From Candidatus Moranbacteria bacterium RIFCSPLOWO2_12_FULL_48_12 (GTDB lineage Bacteria; Patescibacteriota; Minisyncoccia; Moranbacterales; UBA1568): a DNA stretch of 40,791 nucleotides. The notes under the pieces are model-generated. The model ran no database searches. It had not been told where the DNA came from and was given only the letters and a program-made list of their open reading frames with translations. Location: contig MFSB01000008.1 of NCBI GenBank assembly GCA_001784735.1, forward strand, positions 1 to 40,791, read 5' to 3'. Of the stretch, positions 1 through 8,762 are shown in pieces. Each line of letters starts with the position of its first letter. The stretch's first letter is position 1. A program made the position numbers and the translations under genes.

Positions 1-37
1 GTCCTGGAAGCATGATATACTGGGGGAGAAAAGGATA

Positions 38-82
38 CATGATAAGTGATACCCGGCCGAATGTATCGTTCGATACGGGCGG
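38..82. repeat. Upstream hairpin module (14-mer CATGATAAGTGATA plus GC hairpin CCCGGCCG..CGGGCGG); second copy at 35427..35476
   Basis: The exact 14-mer is shared with 35463..35476, and a similar GATACCCG(G/C)CCG hairpin arm is present. Both copies lie tens of nt upstream of a gene start (eno, ftsX). Confidence 0.5.
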
Positions 83-96
83 TCAGGATAAATACT

Positions 97-1395
97 ATGG
101 CAAAGATTGTTAGAGTGCATGGAAGGGAGATATTGGATTCGCGTGGCAACCCGACGGTGGAAGTGGAAGTGACGTTGGAAGATGGCACTATTGCTCGGGC
201 TGGTGTGCCTTCGGGCGCTTCGACGGGCGCATTTGAAGCAGTGGAACTCCGCGATAACGATCCGCATCGGTATAGTGGCTTGGGCGTAGAAAATGCGGTG
301 ACGCACGTGAACGGAGAGATTGCCGAGACAGTGCTGGGGATGGATGTTGAGGATCAGAAAAACATTGATAAGAAAATGATCATTCTCGATGGTACCGAAA
401 ATAAAGCCCGTCTCGGAGCCAATGCTATTTTGGGGATTTCTCTGGCAGTCTGTCGGGCAGCTGCCAAGTCCGCCGGCATTCCTCTCTACGAATATATAGG
501 AAAACTCTATGGAAAGAGAAAAAAAATCAATTTATCGGCCGACGTATTCCCTGTCCCGATGTTCAATATTCTGAATGGCGGGAAGCATAGCGACTCCGGC
601 CTGTCGGTGCAGGAATTCAAAATCATTCCTGCCGGTATCGCGGGATTCAAGGATCAGCTGCGGGCGGGGAGCGAGATTTTTCATGCTTTGAAAAAATTGT
701 TGGAACAAGAACAATTTTCCACCGGTGTCGGAGACGAAGGGGGATTCGCACCGCGTCTCGAGAGCCACAAACAGGCGCTGGAAATGATTATCAAGGCTAT
801 AGGAGAAGCCGGATATCGTCCGGGAGAGCAGGTATATGTCGGTCTTGATATCGCGGCCAATTCTTTTTATGATGCGGCGGAAGATCAGTATGTGCTCAAA
901 CCGGAGGGGGTTTCCCTTTCGCGCGAGAGTCTCATCAATGTCTATCGGGAATGGGTGCAAAAATATTTCGTCGTTTCCATCGAGGACGGACTGCACGAAG
1001 AGGACTGGCGGGGTTGGGCGCTCATGCAGGAAAAGCTCGGCAAGGAGGGAACCGCGTGGAAGAAACCGCTCTTGTTTATCGGGGATGATCTTTTGGTAAC
1101 GAATGTGAAGCGTTTGGAAAAAGCTATTGAGAGCAAGTCCTGCAATGCCGTACTCATCAAGGTCAACCAGATCGGTACTGTTACTGAAACTTTGGAGTGT
1201 ATGAAACTGGCAGAAAAAAAAGGTATGAACAGGATGGTATCGCACCGCTCCGGTGAAACGGTGGATGATTTCATCGCGGATCTGGCTGTCGGGACGCGCG
1301 CGGAATTCATCAAATCAGGATCGCTTTCGCGCGGCGAGCGGATCACCAAGTATAATCGGCTTTTGGAGATTTGGGAAAAAACCCGGGGGCGATAA
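97..1395 (+). CDS. eno: Enolase (phosphopyruvate hydratase)
   Basis: ORF 46..1395. The conserved N-terminus MAKIVRVHGREILDSRGNPTVEVEV starts at ATG 97. Enolase blocks SGASTG, KVNQIGTVTE and SHRSGET are present. The GTG at 46 only adds 17 non-conserved residues. Confidence 0.96.
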   Translation: MAKIVRVHGREILDSRGNPTVEVEVTLEDGTIARAGVPSGASTGAFEAVELRDNDPHRYSGLGVENAVTHVNGEIAETVLGMDVEDQKNIDKKMIILDGTENKARLGANAILGISLAVCRAAAKSAGIPLYEYIGKLYGKRKKINLSADVFPVPMFNILNGGKHSDSGLSVQEFKIIPAGIAGFKDQLRAGSEIFHALKKLLEQEQFSTGVGDEGGFAPRLESHKQALEMIIKAIGEAGYRPGEQVYVGLDIAANSFYDAAEDQYVLKPEGVSLSRESLINVYREWVQKYFVVSIEDGLHEEDWRGWALMQEKLGKEGTAWKKPLLFIGDDLLVTNVKRLEKAIESKSCNAVLIKVNQIGTVTETLECMKLAEKKGMNRMVSHRSGETVDDFIADLAVGTRAEFIKSGSLSRGERITKYNRLLEIWEKTRGR

Positions 1396-1427
1396 AATAA
1401 TTTCTCGACAATAGACAAAAATCCAAT

Positions 1428-2456
1428 ATGTTTTTTAATCGAAAAACTTACAAAGTCATTTGCGTCGGATCGACGTCTAAAGATATTTTCTTTCCGACGG
1501 ACGAAGGGATGATCATCCAGACACCCGGAGACCTCGTTTCCAAGGAGAAAATCGCTTTCGAATTGGGAGGAAAATACCGGGTAGCGGACCGCTTTGAGGC
1601 GGTGGGCGGAGTAGCGGCCAACGTGTCGCATGGGCTGACACGGCTGAGCCACAGAGCGGTCTGCTATAGCAAGATAGGCAAAGACGAGACGGGTAAGTGG
1701 ATCCTTCATGAATTCAAAGGTGAGGGCGTACCGACGGAATTTTTATTTGCGGATACGGCGGTGAAGACGGACCTCTCGGCGATTATCGTGCTGACGCAGA
1801 GCGGCGAGCGGACGATTTTTCATAATCGCGATGCCAATGAAAAGCTCCAGATCATTGATGAGAAATTCGCCGGAACGGAATGGGTTTTTATGAGCGCATT
1901 GAATGGCGCTTGGCAGGAAAATCTGAAAAAAGTCCTCGCGCTCAAGGAAAAATACGGTTTTTCTCTCGCTTTCAATCCTGGGCAGCATAATATCAAAGAG
2001 GATGCCGGACTGTTGCTTCAGGTGATAGCCAAAACAGATATACTCCTTCTCAATAAGGATGAAGCTATCGAGCTCACGATGCAGGGGCAGAAAGATTTGC
2101 CGAAAGAACGTTTGGATGATGAAATGTATCTCCTTCAAGCACTCGCGCGGACCGGAGCGAAAATTATCGGTATGACGGATGGCAAACGCGGCGCCTGGAG
2201 CTTCGATGGCAGGGAATATTGGTATTGTCCGATCCATACGAAGAATGGCGTGGTGGACAGTACAGGATGCGGGGATGCCTTCGGATCAGGATTTTTTTCG
2301 GCACTTTTGGAAGGTGCTTCTATTGAGCAGGCGCTCAAGTATGGTATGGCCAACAGCGGGAGCGTGGTAGGAGCGTATGGCGCGATTCAGGGGCTTCTTG
2401 CGGCTGGCGAAATGAAAAATATCGTAGAAAAGATTATTCCGGAGCGTTTGAATTAG
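1428..2456 (+). CDS. PfkB/ribokinase-family carbohydrate kinase
   Basis: 342-aa ORF with a ribokinase-fold layout and the C-terminal motif DSTGCGDAFGSGF (DTxGAGD type). Confidence 0.85.
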   Translation: MFFNRKTYKVICVGSTSKDIFFPTDEGMIIQTPGDLVSKEKIAFELGGKYRVADRFEAVGGVAANVSHGLTRLSHRAVCYSKIGKDETGKWILHEFKGEGVPTEFLFADTAVKTDLSAIIVLTQSGERTIFHNRDANEKLQIIDEKFAGTEWVFMSALNGAWQENLKKVLALKEKYGFSLAFNPGQHNIKEDAGLLLQVIAKTDILLLNKDEAIELTMQGQKDLPKERLDDEMYLLQALARTGAKIIGMTDGKRGAWSFDGREYWYCPIHTKNGVVDSTGCGDAFGSGFFSALLEGASIEQALKYGMANSGSVVGAYGAIQGLLAAGEMKNIVEKIIPERLN

Positions 2457-2500
2457 GGCGCGCGAAGAGATGACTTTCAACACATAACCAAGAAATAGAT

Positions 2501-3769
2501 ATGGGATTTTTTTCCAAATTACCATGGAAGCGTGAGCCGAACCTCATTTTGGCTCTTGATATAGGTACTGAGGTGGTCAAAGCCCTTATTTTTCGTGTGG
2601 ATGAGGATCAGAAGCACGGGGTGGTCATCGGCGCGGGCCGCGTGGCGCAGAAAATCGGCAATATGCAGAGCGGAGCGGTATCCGATATCGGCGGCGTCAT
2701 CAAATCTTCGCGTGAGGCGATTCTTCTGGCTAAAGAAAAGGCCGGAGTGAAACGAGTGGAAAAAAGCATCATCGGGATCGCCGGTGAATTGGTCAAAGGA
2801 ACGACAACGACAGTCCATTACGAGCGGGTCAATCCGGAAATGCATATCGGCATTCCGGAACTCAAGATGATTATCCAGAAAGTCCAGGAAAAAGCCTACC
2901 AGCGCATCAAGCGCCAGCTCTCCTGGGAAACGGGGCAGGATGATATCGACGTCAAGCTCATCAATGCCACCATCGTCGATGTGCGCATCGACGGGTATCA
3001 TATTTTGAACCCGGTGAATTTTCAGGGACGCGATGTGTCGATGAGCGTGTTCAACGCCTATGCGCCGATGATCCACTTAGGGGCTCTGCAGACGATCGCG
3101 GATGAGCTTGATCTTGATTTGCTTTCTATCGCCGCAGAGCCGTATGCTGTCGCGCGTTCCATCGAAGTGGAAGATATGCTCGATTTCAGCGCCATTTTTA
3201 TCGATGTGGGCGGCGGCACGACGGATATCGCCGTAGTGCGCAACGGCGGCCTCGAGGGGACGAAGATGTTCGCGCTCGGCGGCCGAGCCTTTACCAAGCG
3301 TCTGGCGCAGGAATTCCATCTGACATTCGATGTCGCCGAACAAATGAAGATCGATTATGCCAATGGCCGCCTCAAGGGCGAAGACAGCGCGCGTCTGGCC
3401 GCACTCTATGCCGATGACTGCCGTGTCTGGCTCGGAGGAGTGGAACTTTCCCTCTTGGAGTTTGCAGAAACCGATCTTTTGCCGTCGCGCATCTTTCTGT
3501 GCGGGGGAGGCTCGGCCTTGCCGGGCATCAAGCAGGCGCTTCTCTCTCCGGAATGGGCCCAAAGTCTGCCATTTTCCAAACAGCCGCAGGTCGGATTTCT
3601 CCAGCCGCGCGATATTATCCGTATCACCGATACGACCGGCGAACTGAACAATCCGCAGGATATCACGCCGATCGGACTTGCCAACTTAGCGCTTCTCGAC
3701 CATATTGAAGAGGAAAAGATGCTTTCGAGCATCCTGCGCCGGAGTATGGAATCTATTGAAAAGAACTAA
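2501..3769 (+). CDS. ftsA: FtsA-like actin-fold cell-division ATPase
   Basis: 422-aa ORF with phosphate-binding motifs LALDIGTEVVKA and IDVGGGTTDIAV, and FtsA-like domain order. Confidence 0.8.
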   Translation: MGFFSKLPWKREPNLILALDIGTEVVKALIFRVDEDQKHGVVIGAGRVAQKIGNMQSGAVSDIGGVIKSSREAILLAKEKAGVKRVEKSIIGIAGELVKGTTTTVHYERVNPEMHIGIPELKMIIQKVQEKAYQRIKRQLSWETGQDDIDVKLINATIVDVRIDGYHILNPVNFQGRDVSMSVFNAYAPMIHLGALQTIADELDLDLLSIAAEPYAVARSIEVEDMLDFSAIFIDVGGGTTDIAVVRNGGLEGTKMFALGGRAFTKRLAQEFHLTFDVAEQMKIDYANGRLKGEDSARLAALYADDCRVWLGGVELSLLEFAETDLLPSRIFLCGGGSALPGIKQALLSPEWAQSLPFSKQPQVGFLQPRDIIRITDTTGELNNPQDITPIGLANLALLDHIEEEKMLSSILRRSMESIEKN

Positions 3770-3775
3770 CAATTA

Positions 3776-3860
3776 AACGAACAACTGACGACTAACGACA
3801 AAAAAGAAAAAATACATGATGATTCTTTGTTGTAAGTCGTAAGTTGTAAGTTGTAAGTTA
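3776..3860. repeat. Heptamer-periodic low-complexity imperfect hairpin element
   Basis: The left arm AACGAACAACTGACGACTAACGACAA pairs with the right arm TTGTTGTAAGTCGTAAGTTGTAAGTTGT at about 19 of 22 positions, counting G:U pairs. It fills the ftsA / next-ORF spacer. Related elements are at 10757..10850 and, reversed, at 18311..18403. Confidence 0.6.
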
Positions 3861-3870
3861 CATCAGATAT

Positions 3871-5781
3871 ATGCCGCAAACATTCTATATCGAATCCGAC
3901 GAAGAAATCATTTCTGTCATCGGACGGTTGCGCAAATCTTCTGCGGAAGAGAATGTATTTGTTTTTCCCAAGCGGGCTCTGGTGCTCCAGAGCATCATCA
4001 ACCTCCGTCTTTTTCAGCGCGAGGCGGAGAAGCTAGGAAAGAAAATCATTATTGTCAGCCAAGATGAAGTAGGAAAGATGCTCGCCGAGAAAGCAGGGAT
4101 CGAGACGGAAAGCTATTCGGAAGATTTTTCCAAAAAAACGCCGCACTTGGAACTGACTGCTCAGGAAGAGAACGCTCCAGTACAGTCGATCGCAAAACCA
4201 GTGGCGCCAGGAACGCTCCGCTCCGATGCTATCGGAAGCAGCAATTTTTATGCGACGGAAGCCGCACCGCAGATTTCTCGTGAGTCTCTGCGCGCCGCAG
4301 AACTATCAGTTTCTTCGCTCCGTGTTCGCAACGCAACGCCCCCGAAACTTATCAGTTTGAATTCCAAGCGTTTTGAAGGAGTAGGCATAGCGCCTCAGGC
4401 GATACGCACTCCTGTCCAAGCGCCCGCACCAGCAATCGTACCTGTGCCGTCTTTGCCATCCGCGCGGTCATTTACCGTGGAGTCAAAGAGCACATCGCAG
4501 GGGCAGCGCGACGAACGTTTGAAAAATTTCTATGGCAATGTTCGAAAAGCGGCGGTTGTCGCTGTTCTGAAACAGGATCCGGGACAGAGAGGAGCTGTGC
4601 CGATTACTGGCAAAAAAGCGCACAAAATTTTCTTTCTTCTGGGCGGCATATCGCTTCTGTCTCTTGTCGGTGTAACGCTTTTCCTCTTTCTTCCGAAAGC
4701 GGAAATTCAAGTGACGCCGTATGCGATCACGCAAACGATGGAAGCGGAGATGGATGGCCGATCTGATATTTCCGCCTCAGGCGACGGGACTCTCTCTGTG
4801 CGTATGCTCGAGAAGGAAAAAGAAGTGACTCTCACTTTTGCGACGACTGGCAAATCGGGAGGAACGAATCAGAAAGCGCGCGGGACAGTGGTTATTGAGA
4901 ATAATTACAGCACTGATGCGCAGCCTCTGGTTGCGACGACGCGCCTGGAAACCGCGGATGGCAAGCTCTTTCGCCTAGTGAGCGGCGTAGTGGTTCCGGG
5001 GATGACGAATACAGGCGGCAAAAAAGAGCCGGGAGCGATCGAGGCCAGTGTGATGGCTGACCAGGCCGGTCCGGAATATAACATTGATGCGACGACATTC
5101 ACTATTCCAGGCTTCAAAGGCGGGCCGAAGTACGCTGCTTTTTCTGCCCGATCGGCCAAAGCGATGATAGGCGGCGGAAGCGGCGGCCTATCGGATGTGG
5201 CCGTGGTGGCCAAAGTGGATCTCGAGACAGCCGAGCGCGAAGCGAAAGAAAAAGCCAAAGAGGATTTCTTGGGCGAGATGCGCAGCGATCTGTTGCCGGA
5301 TGAGAAGGTGCTCGACGAAGAGGTAGAGGTGGCGCTCCTGGCACCGGCCACTCTGCCCTCGGTTGGCACAGTAGCCAACACTTTTGATTATAAAGCCACT
5401 TTCAAGGTGCGGGTATTCATTTTTTCAGAAAAAGCTGTCAAGGAGAGGGTTGAGGCGATGAGCGAGAAAAATCTAGAGGGGATGAAATTCAAACCGGTAT
5501 CTTCGGATATCACCTATAGCGATTCCGTACCGAATTTTTCCGATGGCACGCTCCGCCTCAAAGCGCATGCGCTCCTCGCGATGGAGTCGGATATCGACCG
5601 TGACAAATTGCGGGGAGCGCTCTTGGGAAAAAGCGAGGATGGTATCAAGCAGGTGCTGGAGAGTTTTCCGGAAGTAAAAAAGATAAAAGTGGTTTTCCAT
5701 CCGCAGCTATTCATGAAAAGCATCCCCAGTTCCAGTGATCGCGTTTTCGTTCTTCTTGAGCCGGGTGAGAAGATGGAGTAG
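3871..5781 (+). CDS. Hypothetical single-pass membrane protein (636 aa)
   Basis: Long ORF with a charged N-terminal domain and an Ala/Pro/Ser-rich linker. It has one hydrophobic helix (IFFLLGGISLLSLVGVTLFLFL) and a C-terminal domain of about 360 aa. No family recognised by eye. Confidence 0.75.
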   Translation: MPQTFYIESDEEIISVIGRLRKSSAEENVFVFPKRALVLQSIINLRLFQREAEKLGKKIIIVSQDEVGKMLAEKAGIETESYSEDFSKKTPHLELTAQEENAPVQSIAKPVAPGTLRSDAIGSSNFYATEAAPQISRESLRAAELSVSSLRVRNATPPKLISLNSKRFEGVGIAPQAIRTPVQAPAPAIVPVPSLPSARSFTVESKSTSQGQRDERLKNFYGNVRKAAVVAVLKQDPGQRGAVPITGKKAHKIFFLLGGISLLSLVGVTLFLFLPKAEIQVTPYAITQTMEAEMDGRSDISASGDGTLSVRMLEKEKEVTLTFATTGKSGGTNQKARGTVVIENNYSTDAQPLVATTRLETADGKLFRLVSGVVVPGMTNTGGKKEPGAIEASVMADQAGPEYNIDATTFTIPGFKGGPKYAAFSARSAKAMIGGGSGGLSDVAVVAKVDLETAEREAKEKAKEDFLGEMRSDLLPDEKVLDEEVEVALLAPATLPSVGTVANTFDYKATFKVRVFIFSEKAVKERVEAMSEKNLEGMKFKPVSSDITYSDSVPNFSDGTLRLKAHALLAMESDIDRDKLRGALLGKSEDGIKQVLESFPEVKKIKVVFHPQLFMKSIPSSSDRVFVLLEPGEKME

Positions 5782-5843
5782 GTTTCTTGCTTTCGTCATT
5801 TATTTTTGTTACAGTATCTTTTAATAATCGTCAATAAAGGAGT

Positions 5844-6245
5844 ATGCGTGATGACACAACCGAAAGAGAAAGAGAGGCAGAAGAGCGGAGAAAAAAAGAA
5901 AAACGTACGAAACAGGCGCATGAAATTGAAGCTAGCATCAACATTCTAAAAAATGAGAGAACCGACAAAAATAATAAAAAGAGAGGCCTAGAAGATGTTA
6001 TTCGTCGTTTGAAAGATGATCTGCATCTCAATAAAAAAGAGCTAGAAGAAAAAAAACAGCGGATGAATCAACTTGTCAGCCAGCAAGGTGTCTTGACAGA
6101 AGAAATTCATCGGATTCAGACAGCACATGACCGCCTCACAGCGGAACTTAATAAGAAAGAAAAAGAGCTTCGTTCAGAAGAGGGGGAGTTAACAGAAGTG
6201 GAAGGGGATTTATCACGCACAGAAAGAGAGAGGAGAGATTTGTAA
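5844..6245 (+). CDS. Hypothetical K/E/R-rich coiled-coil protein (133 aa)
   Basis: AAAGGAG lies just upstream of the ATG. The sequence is strongly charged and heptad-like throughout. Confidence 0.65.
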   Translation: MRDDTTEREREAEERRKKEKRTKQAHEIEASINILKNERTDKNNKKRGLEDVIRRLKDDLHLNKKELEEKKQRMNQLVSQQGVLTEEIHRIQTAHDRLTAELNKKEKELRSEEGELTEVEGDLSRTERERRDL

Positions 6246-6255
6246 TTACTCTGGA

Positions 6256-8142
6256 ATGACACAAGGTATGCGAGCAGGCGACATACGTAAGGCTTATCTG
6301 AATTTTTTTGCTGAAAGGGGACACAAAATTGTCCCTTCAGCTTTGCTTGTTCCGGAAAATGATCCAACGACGCTTTTTACCGGATCGGGCATGCAGCCGA
6401 TCGTTCCCTATCTCTTGGGCGAACCGCATCCGCTCGGCACCCGCATCATGGATTCGCAGAAATGTTTCCGGGCGGGAGATATCGAAGAAGTCGGCGACAA
6501 TCGCCACACGACATTTTTCGAGATGCTCGGGAACTGGTCTTTCGGGGACTATTTCAAGCAGGAGCAGATCACTTGGATGTGGGAATTTCTGACCGAGAAG
6601 ATGGGACTCGATCCACAGCACCTCTTTTTCACCTGTTTTCGCGGCAATGCGGAATTAGGCATACCCAAAGACACTGAGTCGGCTTTGCTGTGGCAGAAAC
6701 TTTTCGCAGCCAAGGGTATCGATGCGAAAATCGGAGAGAATCCCGAAACAGACGGGATCCGCGAGGGCGAGAAAATATTTTATTATTCCGAAAAGAAAAA
6801 CTGGTGGAGCCGTTCTGGGATGCCGGGCAATATGCCTCTCGGCGAGCCGGGCGGGCCGGATACGGAGATGTTCTGGGACTTCGGCGCGGAGCATGATTTC
6901 CACAGAGAGTCGCAGTGGAAAGATGCGCCGTGCCATGTGAACTGCGATTGCGGTCGGTTTATGGAAATCGGCAACAATGTCTTTATGGAGTACCGGAAAA
7001 CAGCCGTCGGCTTCGAGAAGCTCAAGCAGAAAAACGTGGACTACGGCGGAGGGCTGGAACGCCTGATAGCGGCCAAGAAGAACGATCCGGATATGTTCCT
7101 TGGCGATATATTCGATACATTGCGCGAAACATTGAAAAAGCTTTCCGGAAAAAAATACGGGGAGGATTCGAAACAGACTTTCGCTTTTCGGGTGATAATG
7201 GATCATATGCGCGCCGCGACGTTCCTGATCGCGGACGGCGTCCTGCCATCCAATACCGATCAAGGCTATGTCTTGCGGCGGCTCTTGCGGCGAGCCGTGC
7301 GCTTCGCGGACATGCTCGGTATGGTGCCGGGATCGCTTTCTCTCTGTGTAGCAGCTGTAGTTTCGGAGTATCAGGAAGCCTATCCATACCTGATTGAAAA
7401 GAAAGGCTTTATTGTCTCCGTTATCGGAAATGAAGAAGCTAAATTTCGCGAGACTTTGGCGCGCGGGATGAAGGAACTTGAGAAGCGCTTGAGCGAAGCG
7501 GCGCTCAACGGCAAGGACGCTTTTGAATTGTTTTCGACGTACGGGTTTCCGCTGGAAATGACTGAGGAGATCGCCAAAGAAAAAGGCGTAACGATCGAGC
7601 GCGAAGAATTTCAGAGGGAATTTACGAAACATCAGGAGCTTTCCCGGACGGCGAGCGCGGGGAAATTCAAAGGAGGACTGGCGGATCATAGCGCCAAAGT
7701 TATCGCTTTTCATACTGCGACGCATCTGATGCTTGCCGGACTGCGGAAATATCTGGGACAGGATGTCCATCAGGCCGGATCCAATATCACCGAAGAACGA
7801 ACTCGGTTTGACTTCACGCATCCGGAGAAAGTGAGCCGTGAAGTACTCGACAAGGTAGAGATCTACGTGAATGAGGCTATCGAAAAGAAATGCGCCATGA
7901 TTACGGAGGTGATGGAAAAAAATAAGGCCAAAGAGGCTGGCGTCGAGGGCAGTTTCTGGGAGAAGTACCCGGACAAGGTCACGGTATATAAAGTGAAGGC
8001 GGATGATGGCACCGTTTATTCTCAGGAATTGTGTGGCGGCCCGCACGTTGCTAACACAGAAGATATAAAAGGAAGATTCAAGATTATTAAAGAAGAAGCC
8101 TCGTCCGCCGGTGTCCGCCGTATCAAAGCAATTTTAGAATAA
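6256..8142 (+). CDS. alaS: Alanine--tRNA ligase, short form (628 aa)
   Basis: N-terminal IRKAYLNFFAERGHKIVPSALLVP..DPTTLFTGSGMQP..FEMLGNWSFGDYFK. Editing-domain His/Cys motifs HTATHLM and CGGPHV are present. The ORF ends soon after the editing domain, so a C-Ala domain seems absent. Confidence 0.95.
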   Translation: MTQGMRAGDIRKAYLNFFAERGHKIVPSALLVPENDPTTLFTGSGMQPIVPYLLGEPHPLGTRIMDSQKCFRAGDIEEVGDNRHTTFFEMLGNWSFGDYFKQEQITWMWEFLTEKMGLDPQHLFFTCFRGNAELGIPKDTESALLWQKLFAAKGIDAKIGENPETDGIREGEKIFYYSEKKNWWSRSGMPGNMPLGEPGGPDTEMFWDFGAEHDFHRESQWKDAPCHVNCDCGRFMEIGNNVFMEYRKTAVGFEKLKQKNVDYGGGLERLIAAKKNDPDMFLGDIFDTLRETLKKLSGKKYGEDSKQTFAFRVIMDHMRAATFLIADGVLPSNTDQGYVLRRLLRRAVRFADMLGMVPGSLSLCVAAVVSEYQEAYPYLIEKKGFIVSVIGNEEAKFRETLARGMKELEKRLSEAALNGKDAFELFSTYGFPLEMTEEIAKEKGVTIEREEFQREFTKHQELSRTASAGKFKGGLADHSAKVIAFHTATHLMLAGLRKYLGQDVHQAGSNITEERTRFDFTHPEKVSREVLDKVEIYVNEAIEKKCAMITEVMEKNKAKEAGVEGSFWEKYPDKVTVYKVKADDGTVYSQELCGGPHVANTEDIKGRFKIIKEEASSAGVRRIKAILE

Positions 8143-8290
8143 TGTCAAAATCAAAATTTCAAATGTTAAATTCCTGCCTGTCGGCAGACAGGAAACTCAA
8201 AGCTCCAATGATTGAAAGATATTTTTAAACATTCAGATTTTAGTCATTGATTTGGTATTTGTCATTTGAGTTTTAACATTTACAGCGTGG
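8142..8290. repeat. Intergenic AATGTCAAA/TTTGACATT-type module with central GC hairpin
   Basis: Contains AATGTCAAAA, CAAATGTTAAA, the hairpin CCTGTC-GGCA-GACAGG (8177..8192), then the inverted ATTTGTCATTTGAG and TTTTAACATTT. Same architecture as 31113..31232. Confidence 0.5.
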
Positions 8291-8355
8291 TGGTTGACAC
8301 CTGCTGAACAATGATATAAAATAAGTAGGTTAAATAAGTCGATATTTCTATGGAT

Positions 8356-8667
8356 ATGCTCGCGATTATCAGAACTGGCGGAAAGCAGTACAAGGTTTCC
8401 GAGGGGCAAAAAGTGAAGATTGAGAAGCTCGATCAGGCAGTCGGCGACACCGTGCAGTTCGAGACGCTCTTTGTCGGCGATGAGAAGGCTGTCCATATCG
8501 GTGCGCCGGTTTTGGAGAAGGCAGTCGTGGAAGGCAAGGTGCTCGCGCAGGAACGCCATGACAAAGTCAAAGGCATCAAGCACAAGGCCAAGAAGCGCTA
8601 CCTCGTCCGCTATGGCCATCGCCAAGCGTACACGGAAGTGGAGATTACTAAAATCTCAGTAAAATAA
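8356..8667 (+). CDS. rplU: 50S ribosomal protein L21
   Basis: MLAIIRTGGKQYKVSEGQKVKIEKL is a typical L21 N-terminus. An alternative ATG lies at 8350. Confidence 0.95.
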   Translation: MLAIIRTGGKQYKVSEGQKVKIEKLDQAVGDTVQFETLFVGDEKAVHIGAPVLEKAVVEGKVLAQERHDKVKGIKHKAKKRYLVRYGHRQAYTEVEITKISVK

Positions 8668-8684
8668 TTCCAGCAAAAAATAAG

Positions 8685-8708
8685 TCCCGCCTCAAGCGGG
8701 ATTTTTTT
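8685..8708 (+). terminator. Rho-independent terminator after rplU
   Basis: TCCCGC-CTCAA-GCGGGA stem-loop followed by a T-run (8702..8708). Confidence 0.8.
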
Positions 8709-8740
8709 ATCTGTTTATTTCCAAACAAATGAATTATTCA

Positions 8741-8762
8741 CTTATCGACGGCCGTCGATAAG
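8741..8762. repeat. 22-bp perfect palindrome CTTATCGACGGCCGTCGATAAG
   Basis: Read directly. It is fully self-complementary with no loop, in a non-coding tract. Confidence 0.9.

Noticed and set aside
46-96. N-terminal extensions suggested by the track for eno (46), yidD (14989), ftsE (34430), the CC-motif protein (28060), ORF 29629, ORF 31231, the LMW-PTP (38580) and the peptidase (26521)
   Set aside because: In each case the conserved protein sequence begins at a downstream ATG. The extension either overlaps the previous gene or tRNA, or is non-conserved.
6655-8046. Long antisense ORFs opposite well-supported genes. These are: 532..1245 and 942..1709 (eno); 6655..8046 (alaS); 10143..10823 (recR); 11442..12218 (dnaB); 12601..13593 and 13735..14988 (cysS/corA). 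Also 18962..20158 (dnaK), 23904..24677, 33295..34407 (prfB), 35517..36167 (ftsX), and 39364..40077 plus 40302..40748 (ABC exporter).
   Set aside because: Each lies fully opposite a gene with unmistakable conserved motifs. Their translations are low-complexity or R/S/P-rich with no motifs. Stop-poor antisense frames are a known by-product of codon bias.
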